Assembly (NCBI GenBank): GCA_051252135.1
Contig: JBPOGH010000018.1
Location: forward strand, 28,471-92,470
DNA length: 64,000 nt
Source of the DNA: Verrucomicrobiaceae bacterium
Lineage (GTDB): Bacteria; Verrucomicrobiota; Verrucomicrobiia; Verrucomicrobiales; Akkermansiaceae
Direction: 5' to 3'
Shown here: positions 46,557 to 56,421 of the stretch, piece by piece
Position numbering within the stretch: position 1 is the first letter of the stretch
Layout: the number at the start of each line of letters is the position of its first letter
Made by a program: the position numbers and the translations under genes
Notes under the pieces: model-generated
Told to the model about the DNA's origin: nothing
The model's database searches: none
The model's input: the letters and a program-made list of their open reading frames with translations, nothing else

Positions 46557-47858
46557 GTGTTTGAGGTTCGGGAAAAACCGGAAATGGTCGAACGGGCGAT
46601 GCTCGTAGGGATTTGCTTTGATAAGAGCGAGGAAGAGGAGACGCGCAAGCTTCTGCTGGAGCTCGAGGAATTGGTGGATACGCTGGGGATTGGCGTGGTG
46701 GGGATGGAGTTGGTGCGGGTGCGGGATCGGCATCGGGGTTTGCTTTGTGGAACGGGGAAAGCGGATGAGCTGGTGGAGCTGGCGAAGGCGCGGGAGTGTG
46801 ATTGTATTGTTTTTGATAATGAGATTTCGCCGATGCAGCAGCGGAACTGGGAGGGGTTGTCCGATTTGACGGTGATTGATCGGGAGGAAGTGATTCTGGA
46901 TATTTTTGCGAAGCGGGCGCGGACGAAAGAGGCGCGGCTGCAGGTGGATCTGGCGCGGATGCAGTATGCGCTGCCGCGGATGGCGCGGATGTGGGGGCAC
47001 CTCGACCGGGAAGGTGGCGGTGGTGGCGGTGGTTCCGGCGGCGGCGGTGGTGCTTCGAGGGGAATGGGTGAGCAGCAGATTGAGGTGGATCGGCGTTTGG
47101 CGCGGAAGAAGATCAGCCGATTGAAGGCCGAGCTGGAGGAGGTGCGCAAGCAGCGCTCTACCCAGCGGAAGGAGCGGCAGCGGGCGGACACGGCGACGGC
47201 AGCGATCGTGGGTTACACGAATGCGGGGAAGTCGACCTTGCTAAACAAGCTGGCGGGATCGGACATCATGGAGGCGGATATGCTCTTTGCGACGCTGGAC
47301 CCGACGACGCGGCGTTTGGATTTGGAGGACGGGCAGACGCTCCTGATGAGTGACACGGTGGGGTTTGTGCGGAATTTGCCGCACCGTTTGGTGGAGTCGT
47401 TTAAGGCGACTTTGGAGGAGGCGATTTTAGCAGACTTTTTGGTGCATGTGCTGGATGCGAATTCGGATGAGATTCACCGTCATTACAAGACGACCTGCGA
47501 TGTGCTGGGTGAGTTGGGGGCGGATGAGAAAAAAGTGATTATCGTACTTAATAAGATCGACCAGATTGAGGACCCGGTGGTGTTGGCCGGGTTGCGGGCG
47601 GACTTTCCGGGGGCGGTGGAGGTATCGGCCCTGAAGGGGATCGGGATGGAGTTGTTGATGGAGAAATTTTGCGATCAACTGGCAGATCGGGTGAAGAAGC
47701 TGAGCTACCGGATTCCGCAATCGCGTGGAGATATCACGGGGATGTTGCACCGTGAGGGGAAGGTGCTGGAGACCGACTACGAGGGGAACGATGTGCTCTT
47801 AACGGCGGTGGTGCCGAAGGAGTTTGAGGAACGGTTGGCGGAGTTTCTGGTGGATTAG
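46557..47858 (+). CDS. hflX: GTPase HflX
   Basis: ILDIFAKRA, GYTNAGKSTL, LFATLD, DTVGF, NKID. Confidence 0.96.
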   Translation: MFEVREKPEMVERAMLVGICFDKSEEEETRKLLLELEELVDTLGIGVVGMELVRVRDRHRGLLCGTGKADELVELAKARECDCIVFDNEISPMQQRNWEGLSDLTVIDREEVILDIFAKRARTKEARLQVDLARMQYALPRMARMWGHLDREGGGGGGGSGGGGGASRGMGEQQIEVDRRLARKKISRLKAELEEVRKQRSTQRKERQRADTATAAIVGYTNAGKSTLLNKLAGSDIMEADMLFATLDPTTRRLDLEDGQTLLMSDTVGFVRNLPHRLVESFKATLEEAILADFLVHVLDANSDEIHRHYKTTCDVLGELGADEKKVIIVLNKIDQIEDPVVLAGLRADFPGAVEVSALKGIGMELLMEKFCDQLADRVKKLSYRIPQSRGDITGMLHREGKVLETDYEGNDVLLTAVVPKEFEERLAEFLVD

Positions 47859-47867
47859 TTCTCCTTA

Positions 47868-47996
47868 GTTGAATTGAATTAGAACCGCAACCGGAACGCA
47901 GTGGAGATGGTCGCCAGGCAAATGAACAGGATGGAAGGGATGTTTTTGGATGGGGGAAACCAGATGATTTCAACTTTGGAGGGTGTGTTGGTGAGA
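47868..47996 (+). repeat. Diverged third copy of the intergenic element at 5757-5957 and 7718-7994
   Basis: Shares GTTGAATTGAATT.GAACCGCA, ATGAACAGGATGGAAGGGATG and TGATTTCAACTTTGGAG.GTGTGTTG. Confidence 0.8.
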
Positions 47997-48024
47997 GGTT
48001 TACCCAAGTAGAACTTGATCAATT

Positions 48025-48618
48025 TTAAAAGGGGGTGATGACGGGGGTGATGAAATCCCCGATGGGGATGGCCCGGTAGTAGGTTTGCTTTTGTTCCCCG
48101 GCGGTGGGATCGGGGATGAGGAGAGGGGGGTTGGCGAGTTGGATGGTGTCGATGGTTTCCCAGTTGATCAGGTCCTTGCTTCGTTCGATGCGGAACTGAC
48201 GGAGGAGGATGGGTTGGATGCCTTCGAGCCAATCGAAATTTGCCCGGAGGGCTGTGGTGCCGTTGTTGTTACGGAGGATGCTGAGGTTGGGTTGGAGGGG
48301 GACGGCGGCGATGATGGACAACTCGCACTCCGGGGAGAAGCAGGAGCCGGGGACGCAGAAGTAGCCGCGCTCGAGGAGTTCGCGTTGGTCGACCTCGATG
48401 AACCATTCGCCGTCGGGGAGAGTGAAGTGGAAGGTGCCTGCGGCGTCGGTGAGGGTGGAGGTGGCTTGGGCGGGGTTATCGCCTCTTGGGAAGGCGTGGA
48501 CGCGGATTTCGGAGAGCGGGGTTCCGGCACGGTCCTTGAGGGTTTCGGTCACGCTCAACTCCGCTGAGGCGAGGCCGCCCACGAGGAGGAAGAAGAGGGA
48601 CGTTAACAGGGGATTCAC
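48025..48618 (-). CDS. Secreted hypothetical protein (prealbumin/carboxypeptidase-regulatory-like domain)
   Basis: Signal peptide; TDAAGTFHFTLPDGEW; C-terminal SKDL.NW...YYRA. Confidence 0.65.
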   Translation of the reverse strand: MNPLLTSLFFLLVGGLASAELSVTETLKDRAGTPLSEIRVHAFPRGDNPAQATSTLTDAAGTFHFTLPDGEWFIEVDQRELLERGYFCVPGSCFSPECELSIIAAVPLQPNLSILRNNNGTTALRANFDWLEGIQPILLRQFRIERSKDLINWETIDTIQLANPPLLIPDPTAGEQKQTYYRAIPIGDFITPVITPF

Positions 48619-48736
48619 GACATTGGGTTTAGCAAAGAGAGCGGTGGGAAGCAATGAGGGTCTCTTTACAAACTCTTAACGCTTTTCGTGGGGAAGTGAC
48701 ATCAGGGCTTAACAATGAGGAGACAGGGTTCTGTTT

Positions 48737-50095
48737 ATGAAAGCACACCTCCTTCCACTGATCGTGCTGATCACCCTGCCGGCCATGGGTCAGAATGGCG
48801 TTTTAAATCTTACGGAATTGTCGAACTACGCGAACCAGGGTCAACCGGGTTACATTCGGAAAGACAACACGCCGGCTGACAATCCGATTACGGATATCGG
48901 GGCGACCTTGGGGCGGGTTATGTTTTATGATGTGCGTCTTTCGAAGGACGCGACCATTTCCTGTGCGTCGTGTCATCAGCAGGAGCATGCGTTTGGAGAT
49001 ACGGCGACGGCGAGTGTGGGGGTGGCGGGGACGACGGGGCGGCACTCGATGCGGCTGATCAATGCGCGTTTCGGGGACGAGGAGAATTTTTTCTGGGATG
49101 AGCGGGCGGTGAGTCTGGAGGATCAGACGACGCGGCCGATTCAGGATCATGTGGAGATGGGGTTCAGCGGGGAGGACGGGGATCCGGGCTTTGGGGATTT
49201 GGTGGAGAGGCTGGAGGTGATTGAGGAATACCGGGTGCTGTTTTCGGCCGTTTTTGGTGATCCGCAAATCACGGAGGGGCGGGTTCAGAAGGTGTTGTCG
49301 CAGTTTGTGCGGAGCATCCAGTCGTTTGACAGCAAGTATGATGTGGGGCGGGCGCAGGTGCGGAATGACAATGCGGCCTTTGCGAACTTTTCGGATTCGG
49401 AGAACCGGGGGAAGATTCTTTTTCAAACGGCGCCGCAACAGGGTGGGGCGGGATGTGGTGCGTGTCATCGGGCGCCGGAATTTGATATCGATCCGAACTC
49501 GCGGAACAACGGAGTGATCGGGTCGTTGGGAGGCGGGACGGATTTGACGAACACGCGTGCGCCGAGTCTACGGGATTTGGTGGATCCGGAGGGGAACTTG
49601 AATGGTGGGTTGATGCACAACGGGGTGTTTGAAACGATCCGGGGGGCGATTGAGCATTACAATGCGGTGCCGAATGTGCAGGGCCTGGACCCCCGATTGG
49701 GTGGCGGGCCGGGAGGTGGGCAGCGTCTGAATCTGAGTGAGCAGGAGAAGTTGGACCTTGAGGCGTTTCTGCGGACCTTGACCGGGAGTGCGGTTTATAC
49801 GGATGAGCGGTGGTCGAGCCCGTTTGGGGAAGAGGGGGAATTGGGGCTGATTATTTTACCCGAGGAGGGGACGAGATTTGCGATCAGCAAGGATGCCTTC
49901 GGTGACAATTGGGTGACGGTGAGTCGTCAGGGGGTGCCGAATCTGACCTACCTTTACAAGTCATCGGCTGACCTGGATGGCTGGAGCGAGGCGAGGGAGA
50001 TTGTGGCGGATGAGGAAGGGTTGATCAGTCTGACTCTTCCTGCTTCGGCGGGGAGTCGGTATTTCCACTTTGCCTACGCGGTGTCGGTGGAGTGA
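48737..50095 (+). CDS. Di-haem cytochrome c peroxidase family protein with C-terminal extension
   Basis: CASCH and CGACH; LGRVMFYD.RLS; FFWDERA. Confidence 0.9.
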   Translation: MKAHLLPLIVLITLPAMGQNGVLNLTELSNYANQGQPGYIRKDNTPADNPITDIGATLGRVMFYDVRLSKDATISCASCHQQEHAFGDTATASVGVAGTTGRHSMRLINARFGDEENFFWDERAVSLEDQTTRPIQDHVEMGFSGEDGDPGFGDLVERLEVIEEYRVLFSAVFGDPQITEGRVQKVLSQFVRSIQSFDSKYDVGRAQVRNDNAAFANFSDSENRGKILFQTAPQQGGAGCGACHRAPEFDIDPNSRNNGVIGSLGGGTDLTNTRAPSLRDLVDPEGNLNGGLMHNGVFETIRGAIEHYNAVPNVQGLDPRLGGGPGGGQRLNLSEQEKLDLEAFLRTLTGSAVYTDERWSSPFGEEGELGLIILPEEGTRFAISKDAFGDNWVTVSRQGVPNLTYLYKSSADLDGWSEAREIVADEEGLISLTLPASAGSRYFHFAYAVSVE

Positions 50096-50185
50096 TTTTT
50101 CCAACAGTTTTCGTGTCCTGTGGAAGGTGACACGGAATACAGAATGAAGCCTGTCCCGTGGGTGCGGGGCAGGCTTTTTTTATGT
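50085..50185 (+). repeat. ~100-bp direct repeat copy 1 (contains terminator hairpin AAGCCTGTCCCG...CGGGGCAGGCTT-T)
   Basis: Near-identical to 50899-51000. Confidence 0.92.
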
Positions 50186-50201
50186 TAGAGCTATTGGGAG
50201 C

Positions 50202-50765
50202 CTAGCCCCTGCGGCGGCGGGACAGGAAGCCCAGGCCGAGGGTGAACATTCCCAATGTAGTAGGTTCCGGCACCTGTGTCCCGGGATCGCTGATAAAGCC
50301 AAAGGTGGTAGCATCGAACACGCGGATCTCATAGCTTCCCGTGCCCTGAAGGTATACCGGAGCAATGCTGCTCGTCGTGGTGCGGGTCCCGGCGCTCAAG
50401 GTCATGGTGGCGGTGGTGGGGGCTGCGTTGTTCCCCGACCCCCAGATGGCAAAGAGATCCGTGACCATGATGTCGGCAAAGGTGCTCGAGCCCATGCCGC
50501 CGGAACCGGAATCCAGGCCGGCTCCGTTCCACGAAATATCGCCGACGTGGGAGGTGAAGCCCAAGATTGAATTGCCCGCCCCTGCGCCCACAAGGACGAA
50601 GCCGTAAAAGCCCCTGCCCGGCTGGACGTTTGTGAAGGTGATGGGCTCAGAAACAGTAACACTCACCGGCGAGCCTGCTCCGCCGCTGATGCTGACAGTT
50701 ACGGCAGCTTGGCTCAGAGCCGTGCCAACGGCCATGAGGGTCATGGTTGAAAAAATAGTTCTCAT
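50202..50765 (-). CDS. PEP-CTERM protein
   Basis: VPEPTTLGMFTLGLGFLSRRRRG. Confidence 0.9.
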   Translation of the reverse strand: MRTIFSTMTLMAVGTALSQAAVTVSISGGAGSPVSVTVSEPITFTNVQPGRGFYGFVLVGAGAGNSILGFTSHVGDISWNGAGLDSGSGGMGSSTFADIMVTDLFAIWGSGNNAAPTTATMTLSAGTRTTTSSIAPVYLQGTGSYEIRVFDATTFGFISDPGTQVPEPTTLGMFTLGLGFLSRRRRG

Positions 50766-50898
50766 AGGCTTGGGGCGTTGTGGTTCCGATCAGGCATAGC
50801 GAAAAAACGATTGCGGTTCAATTGGATTCTAGCAAGGGGGCTGGCATCGAGTGAGCAATTAGCAGGCCAAGCAAAGTAGGGATTTTCCTCCGCGGAGG

Positions 50899-51000
50899 CG
50901 GTGGAGTGATTTTTTTAACAGCTTCCGTGTCCTGTGGAAGGTGACGCGGGATACAGAATGAAGCCTGTCCCGTGGGTGCGGGGCAGGCTTTTTTTTATGT
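50899..51000 (+). repeat. ~100-bp direct repeat copy 2
   Basis: Near-identical to 50085-50185. Confidence 0.92.
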
Positions 51001-51627
51001 GAGGACGATTTTGGTTCCTTCGATGCCGACGGCTCCGTGTTCCTTTTGGACGTCGCGGATGAAGTCAGGATGAGCGCCCTTGAGTTGGAACCATCCTTCG
51101 CGGTGGTTGCTTGCGGAGACGTAGTTGAGGGAAAAGAGGAGAGAGACCAGCGAGATGAAAAATCCGAGGAGAGAGAGGGCGATGAGTCCGCCTCCATTTC
51201 CATCCTCCATGTTGATTCCGGAGTAAAATCCAAGGGCGGAGAGGGCCATGATTCCGGCAAAGAGCCAGCGCCATTTGGTCCGCTTTGCGCGGAAGGAGTG
51301 CCCGAGGTGATACTCGATCTTCGCCTTTTTGCTGATGCAAAGAACGACGACGATCATGATCAGGACGTTGAGAATGATGAGGAGATACCAGGCGGGGTGG
51401 ACCCAACTGATGCGGGCTTTTTTGAGGAGTCCGGTTTTTCCGGGTTCGACGGGAAGGTTGGTTTTGATGCAGCGGTTGGGAAGGATCGCTCCGCTGCGGA
51501 CCATGAGGGCTCCGTTTTCGACACGATAGAAGCCCGAGATGAAGCCATCATCGATGGGGTTGGCGGTCTCGGGAGGGGCGTATGGATTGCTTTGTTGAGG
51601 TGCAAGGTAGGGGTTGTCGCCGGACAT
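50995..51627 (-). CDS. Hypothetical membrane protein
   Basis: NPY.AP repeats, LPNRCIKTN, three TM helices. Confidence 0.75.
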   Translation of the reverse strand: MSGDNPYLAPQQSNPYAPPETANPIDDGFISGFYRVENGALMVRSGAILPNRCIKTNLPVEPGKTGLLKKARISWVHPAWYLLIILNVLIMIVVVLCISKKAKIEYHLGHSFRAKRTKWRWLFAGIMALSALGFYSGINMEDGNGGGLIALSLLGFFISLVSLLFSLNYVSASNHREGWFQLKGAHPDFIRDVQKEHGAVGIEGTKIVLT

Positions 51628-51975
51628 GAATTGATTTCTAACAAAAGATTCAATCCACGATCAATGTTCTATCTCGCGCTGACGGCGGCGGCCCAATCAC
51701 GTCAAGTTAAGGACTGAATCTTTAAGGGGACTCGTCGAGGAGGAGAACTCGCCTACACCCTGATCAAGAACAGCCGGCGTCACAGCCTTCCCTCACAAAA
51801 CTATCTGATTGCAGCTATGGCCGCCCTCGTTGAACACGGCTCTAAAAGAGCAAGCGAACTTACCCCCTCAGCAGGAGCCAGAGTCAAACGGATGCGCAAG
51901 AGCGCGTGAAGCCATCGAGCTATGGTCGACCCTGGTATAAGCAAAGGATGGGGGCCTATGTAGAGGCGGGCGGAT

Positions 51976-52545
51976 TCACTTAAAAGGTCGGTCCCCATAA
52001 CACCGATGTCTCTTGAGGGCAGTTAGAGAGATGAGGATGAGAAGCGAAGCTGAAGAAGGTTCGGGGATTTGAGTCAGGAGGCCGGAAGCTGGTGCTGAGG
52101 ACCAAGACGAGTTTAAGGTGATGCCGATGGTGAAATTTGATCCTGTCTGGAGGTCCTGGAGGAGTTTTGTATTGGTGATTTCACCTTCGTAGACTCGGTA
52201 TGTTTTTAAGGCATCACATTGGTAGCCGTTGAGTGGCAGATTGATGGAAAGTGGAAGGTAGGGGTTTTGAGGGTCGAGATCACAGCCGTGGAGGGTGATC
52301 AGGTTTGCGGTCCCCAAGAGTTGGGTGTGGGGCTCATGGGCGGGAGACTGAATCGAAAATGAAGTGCCGCCGATTTCTCCTGACCAGATTTGATATCTTG
52401 CGGTGGTGTCCGTTACCTCCATGAAAAATTTACCACAGTGCAAGCTGCTTCCGCCGGGAAGGGGGCTGAGGAAGGTTGTCTGGTAGACGACCGCTGCGGA
52501 TAAACCGGATGAGGTAAGCGCGGTGATGAGGAGTGTGGGATTCAT
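51976..52545 (-). CDS. PEP-CTERM protein
   Basis: IPEPSSASLLILISLTALKRHR. Confidence 0.82.
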   Translation of the reverse strand: MNPTLLITALTSSGLSAAVVYQTTFLSPLPGGSSLHCGKFFMEVTDTTARYQIWSGEIGGTSFSIQSPAHEPHTQLLGTANLITLHGCDLDPQNPYLPLSINLPLNGYQCDALKTYRVYEGEITNTKLLQDLQTGSNFTIGITLNSSWSSAPASGLLTQIPEPSSASLLILISLTALKRHRCYGDRPFK

Positions 52546-52623
52546 CTTGGGTAAGAACGTTTCTAGATTGTTCAAACTGATCCGAGAGGAAAGAGGACGG
52601 GGCAGGATGCCCCGGCTCCTTTG

Positions 52624-53643
52624 TTACCGGCGGCGGCCCTGGAAGCGGTCGCGGGGGTCGGGTTCTTTGGTTTCCTCGTCCTTGTAGCGGAGGATGCCGT
52701 ATTTGCGGAGGTTTTTGATGAAGGTCTGGGTGTCGTCCTTGGTCTCCTTGTCGTTGGTGAGAGCGGCGAGGGCGCCGTCTCCTTTTTGGACGGAGGCGAT
52801 GGCTTCGCCTGCTTCGGTGACGGTTTTTTCGATGGAGTCGAGGGTGCCGGGGACTTTGGCGAGGGCGGGCTCGAGTTGGGCGATGGCGGGGTCGAGCTTG
52901 GCCATGGTGTCCTTGGCGGTGCGGGTGGCTTCGCGGATTTCCTGGATGGCGAGGCGTGCTTCGTCGAGGGTGGGGCCGGCGTCGTCTCCGAGGTCGGCGA
53001 GGGATTTGGTGGCGCGATCGAAGTTAGCGATGGCGGAGCTGAGGTTTTCGACGTTGGTTTCGGAGAGGATGTCGGCGTTGACGATCTCGACGGTTTCGCT
53101 GAGGCGGATGGAGACGGCTCGGATGTCATCGAGGGCGCTGTCCATCTTGATCATGGCGGTGCGGGCGTCCTGCATGAGGATGCGGGCGTCCTCGACGATG
53201 GTTTCGGCTTCGTTCTGGATGAATTCGAGTCCGCTGGGGCCACCGCCGACGAGGACGGTATCGGCGGGGATGACGCCTTTGGCTTCTTTTTCGGGCGGGG
53301 TGATGACGATCTCCTTATCGCCGAGGAAGCTGGCTTGGGCGATTTGGAAGACGGAGCCATCGGGGATGCTGAACTTGTCATCGATGGCGAGGGTGACGCG
53401 GACTTTGGCGTTATCGAGGAGTTCGGGTTTGGTGCCGACCTCGCCGATGCGTGCGCCGCGCATGCGGACGGTGCTGCCCTTGATGACGCCGGAGGCTTCC
53501 TTGAAGTCGACGCTGATGGTGTATTTGCCTTTGATCCATTCGCCGATGTTACCGAACTGAAGGATGAGGCCACCCATCATGAAGAGTCCGATGAGGATGA
53601 ATCCTCCAACGAGTGTTTCGGTTTTGTGGCGATGGTCGGCCAT
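52624..53643 (-). CDS. mlaD: MlaD/MCE family protein
   Basis: VGGFILIG, ASGVIKGSTVRMRGARIGEV, SFLGDK; coiled-coil tail. Confidence 0.88.
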   Translation of the reverse strand: MADHRHKTETLVGGFILIGLFMMGGLILQFGNIGEWIKGKYTISVDFKEASGVIKGSTVRMRGARIGEVGTKPELLDNAKVRVTLAIDDKFSIPDGSVFQIAQASFLGDKEIVITPPEKEAKGVIPADTVLVGGGPSGLEFIQNEAETIVEDARILMQDARTAMIKMDSALDDIRAVSIRLSETVEIVNADILSETNVENLSSAIANFDRATKSLADLGDDAGPTLDEARLAIQEIREATRTAKDTMAKLDPAIAQLEPALAKVPGTLDSIEKTVTEAGEAIASVQKGDGALAALTNDKETKDDTQTFIKNLRKYGILRYKDEETKEPDPRDRFQGRRR

Positions 53644-53680
53644 GGTGGGAGTGTCGTTGGGAAGTGACGAAATTTCAAAC

Positions 53681-54436
53681 TCAATTCCAAGCCTCGTCGG
53701 AGCGGCCGGCGATGTAGTTCTGGAGGAGGGGGTCTTCGGTGTCCTCGAGTTCCTTGGCGGAGCCTTGCCAGTAGACGGTTCCTTCCTTCATGAAGATGAC
53801 GCGGTTGGCGATGCGGAAGACGCTGCGCATTTCGTGGGTGATGACGACGTTGGTGATGCCGTGGTCTTGCTGGAGGTCCTTGATGAGGTGGTCGATGGAG
53901 TCGGCGGTGACGGGATCGAGTCCGGCGTGGGGTTCATCGTAGAGGACGCAGCAGGGTTTTTCGACGACGGCGCGGGCGAGGGCGACGCGCTTGCGCATGC
54001 CGCCGGAGAGATCGGAGGGCATTTTGTCCTCCTGGCCGGGGAGTTTGACGATGTTGAGGGCTTCGGCGACGCGGTCGTCGATTTCCTTTTGGTCTTTCAT
54101 GCCGGATTCGCGGAGGGGGAAGGCGATGTTGTCATGGACGTTCATGGAGTCGAAGAGGGCTCCATTTTGAAACATGATGCTGATGCGGCGGCGGACGAAG
54201 GTGAGCTCGCGTTCCTTGAGGTGGGAGATTTCCTGATCCTCGAGCATGACGGATCCGGCATCGGGCTGGAGGAGGCCGATCATGTGTTTCATGAGGACGG
54301 TCTTGCCGCCGCCGGAGCCGCCGAGGAGGACGAGGGTTTCGCCGCGGTAGAGGTCGAGATCGACTCCCTTGAGGACGTGATTGGTTCCGAAGCTTTTATG
54401 AAGGCCGCGGATTTTCAGGAAGACCTCTGGGTTCAT
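53681..54436 (-). CDS. mlaF: MlaF-type ABC ATP-binding protein
   Basis: GGSGGGKT, FQNGALFDS, LSGGMRKRVALARA, YDEP.AGLDP. Confidence 0.88.
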   Translation of the reverse strand: MNPEVFLKIRGLHKSFGTNHVLKGVDLDLYRGETLVLLGGSGGGKTVLMKHMIGLLQPDAGSVMLEDQEISHLKERELTFVRRRISIMFQNGALFDSMNVHDNIAFPLRESGMKDQKEIDDRVAEALNIVKLPGQEDKMPSDLSGGMRKRVALARAVVEKPCCVLYDEPHAGLDPVTADSIDHLIKDLQQDHGITNVVITHEMRSVFRIANRVIFMKEGTVYWQGSAKELEDTEDPLLQNYIAGRSDEAWN

Positions 54437-55188
54437 GGGCGTGGGACGGTGGTGGGGGTGACTGTGTTAGGGAACCATTTTAGGAGTCCGGTGACAACGA
54501 GGTCGTGCCCTTTTCGGTTGGGGTGGTTTACCTGGGACATGAGGTCGGTGAGTTGGCCGCCGTTTGAGAGGTGGTTCTTGAAGAGAGTGAGGCTGTCGGT
54601 GAGGGCGACGTTGTTTTGGCGGGCGAGTTGCCTGACTTGTTCGGCGTGTTGATTGAGGGGGGCGGCGGGGTCGTTGAGCTTGGAGCGGGTGTCGCCGGTG
54701 GGGGTGAGGAGGATGACCTTGGCGCCGCGGGCTTGGGCTTTGGTGATCATGGACTGCCAGGCGGCTTTGGATTTTTCGAGGCCGACGGGGCGGTCGTTGA
54801 GGGCGTAGTCGATGGTGATGATATCGGGCCTGAGGGGGAGGACTTCTTTATCGAAGCGCTTGGCGCCGCTGAGGGAGTTTTCGCCGCCGATGCTGGTGTT
54901 GATGACGTTGATGACGGCGTGGGGGAAGCGTTCCTTGAGCTTGAGATGGAGGAGGTGGGGGTAGGCGTTGAAGGTATCGACGTGGGGAGTTTTAAAGTAT
55001 CCGGCGGGGACGCTGTGGCCGTGGCAGACGATGTTGACGGTGCGGTTGGCGGGCCACTTTTTTTCGAGCTCGGTGACGATGGGGCCGAGGTAGGCGGATG
55101 GGTCGGCGAGGGCTGGTTTTTCCCCGGCGGATGAGAGAGGGAGCAGGAGGAGCGAGAGGGCGAGGGCTCGCAGCACTTGAGAAATCAT
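54433..55188 (-). CDS. SGNH/GDSL hydrolase
   Basis: HGHSV, IGGENS, YALND, NHPN..GH. Confidence 0.85.
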   Translation of the reverse strand: MISQVLRALALSLLLLPLSSAGEKPALADPSAYLGPIVTELEKKWPANRTVNIVCHGHSVPAGYFKTPHVDTFNAYPHLLHLKLKERFPHAVINVINTSIGGENSLSGAKRFDKEVLPLRPDIITIDYALNDRPVGLEKSKAAWQSMITKAQARGAKVILLTPTGDTRSKLNDPAAPLNQHAEQVRQLARQNNVALTDSLTLFKNHLSNGGQLTDLMSQVNHPNRKGHDLVVTGLLKWFPNTVTPTTVPRP

Positions 55189-55216
55189 GGTCCTTCCAAG
55201 CTATCGGATGAGACTC

Positions 55217-55408
55217 CTAGGATGCGAGGAGAATCAGGGCGATGATCCCGAGGGTGAGGCAGATGCCGATGATGCCGAACCACCACCAGAAGTTGGTGGT
55301 TTTACGGTTGAACTCGGTGTTGCTGAGGGCGGAGTTCTCACGAGTTTCCTTCCAGGCGGTGTAGGGCCAGAGGAAGATGCCGATGAGGAGGGCGAGGAGC
55401 TCGTCCAT
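55217..55408 (-). CDS. Small membrane protein (63 aa)
   Basis: MDELLALLIGIFLWP...WWWFGIIGICLTLGIIALILLAS. Confidence 0.5.
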   Translation of the reverse strand: MDELLALLIGIFLWPYTAWKETRENSALSNTEFNRKTTNFWWWFGIIGICLTLGIIALILLAS

Positions 55409-55455
55409 GGGGGTTGGGAGCCATTGGAAGCGGACAAGAATGTCCACTCTCCTTA

Positions 55456-56421
55456 TTAGGCGAGGCCGACGGCTTTGCGGACGCGGGTGAGGACCTGGTG
55501 GGCTTCTTCGCGGGCTTTTTCGGCTCCGGCGTTGAGGATGGCATCGACTTGGGCGGGGTCGGCGACGAGTTCGGCTCGGCGTTCGCGCATGGGGGCGAAG
55601 TAGTCCCAGTAGGCTTCCCAGAGGCGTTTTTTGAAGTCGCCGTATCCGCATCCGCCGTTTTGGTGGTCGGTGACCATTTGGGCGTAGTCGGACTCGCTGG
55701 CGAAGAGTTGGTAGAGGGCGAGGAGGAGGGAGCCCTCGGTGGGCTTGGGGTCCTCGACGGGGGTGGAGTCGGTCTCGATGCGCATGATGAGTTTGCGCAG
55801 GGGTTTTTCGTCGCCGAAGATGGGGAGGGTGTTGTTGTAGGACTTGGACATCTTTTCGCCGTCGAGTCCGGGGACTTTGGCGGTGCCTTCGCGGATGCGG
55901 GCGGTGGGGATGACGAGGGTGTCGTCGCCGAAGCGGTCGTTGATTTTTCCGGCGAGGTCGCGGGTGACCTCGAGGTGTTGTTTTTGGTCATCACCGACGG
56001 GGACGACGTTGGAGTCGTAGAGGAGGATGTCGGCGGCCATGAGGGCGGGGTAGGCGAAGAGGGCGTGGTTTGCGGAGAAGCCTTTGGCGATCTTGTCCTT
56101 GTAGGAATGGCAGCGCTCGAGGAGGCCCATGGGGCAGACGGTGGAGAGGATCCAGGCGAGCTCGTTGACGGCGGGGACGGCGCTTTGTTTGAAGAAGACG
56201 CCTTTTGAGGGATCGAATCCGCAGGCGAGGAAGTCGATGGCGACGTCGCGGACATTTTCCCGGAGGGTGTTGGCGTCGGTGGTGGTGGTCATCGCGTGGT
56301 AGTCGGCGATGAAGTAGAAGTTGTCGCCTTCGCTTTGGGCGTCGATGGCGGGCTTCATGGCGCCGAAGTAGTTGCCGACGTGGAGTTTGCCACTGGGTTG
56401 GAGACCGGTGAGAATGCGCAT
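55456..56421 (-). CDS. trpS: Tryptophan--tRNA ligase
   Basis: TGLQPSG.LHVGNY, YPALMAADIL, VGDDQKQH, KMSKS. Confidence 0.97.
   Translation of the reverse strand: MRILTGLQPSGKLHVGNYFGAMKPAIDAQSEGDNFYFIADYHAMTTTTDANTLRENVRDVAIDFLACGFDPSKGVFFKQSAVPAVNELAWILSTVCPMGLLERCHSYKDKIAKGFSANHALFAYPALMAADILLYDSNVVPVGDDQKQHLEVTRDLAGKINDRFGDDTLVIPTARIREGTAKVPGLDGEKMSKSYNNTLPIFGDEKPLRKLIMRIETDSTPVEDPKPTEGSLLLALYQLFASESDYAQMVTDHQNGGCGYGDFKKRLWEAYWDYFAPMRERRAELVADPAQVDAILNAGAEKAREEAHQVLTRVRKAVGLA

Noticed and set aside
47013..47052. Poly-Gly tract in HflX as a contingency repeat
   Set aside because: Falls in the known Gly-rich loop and uses mixed codons
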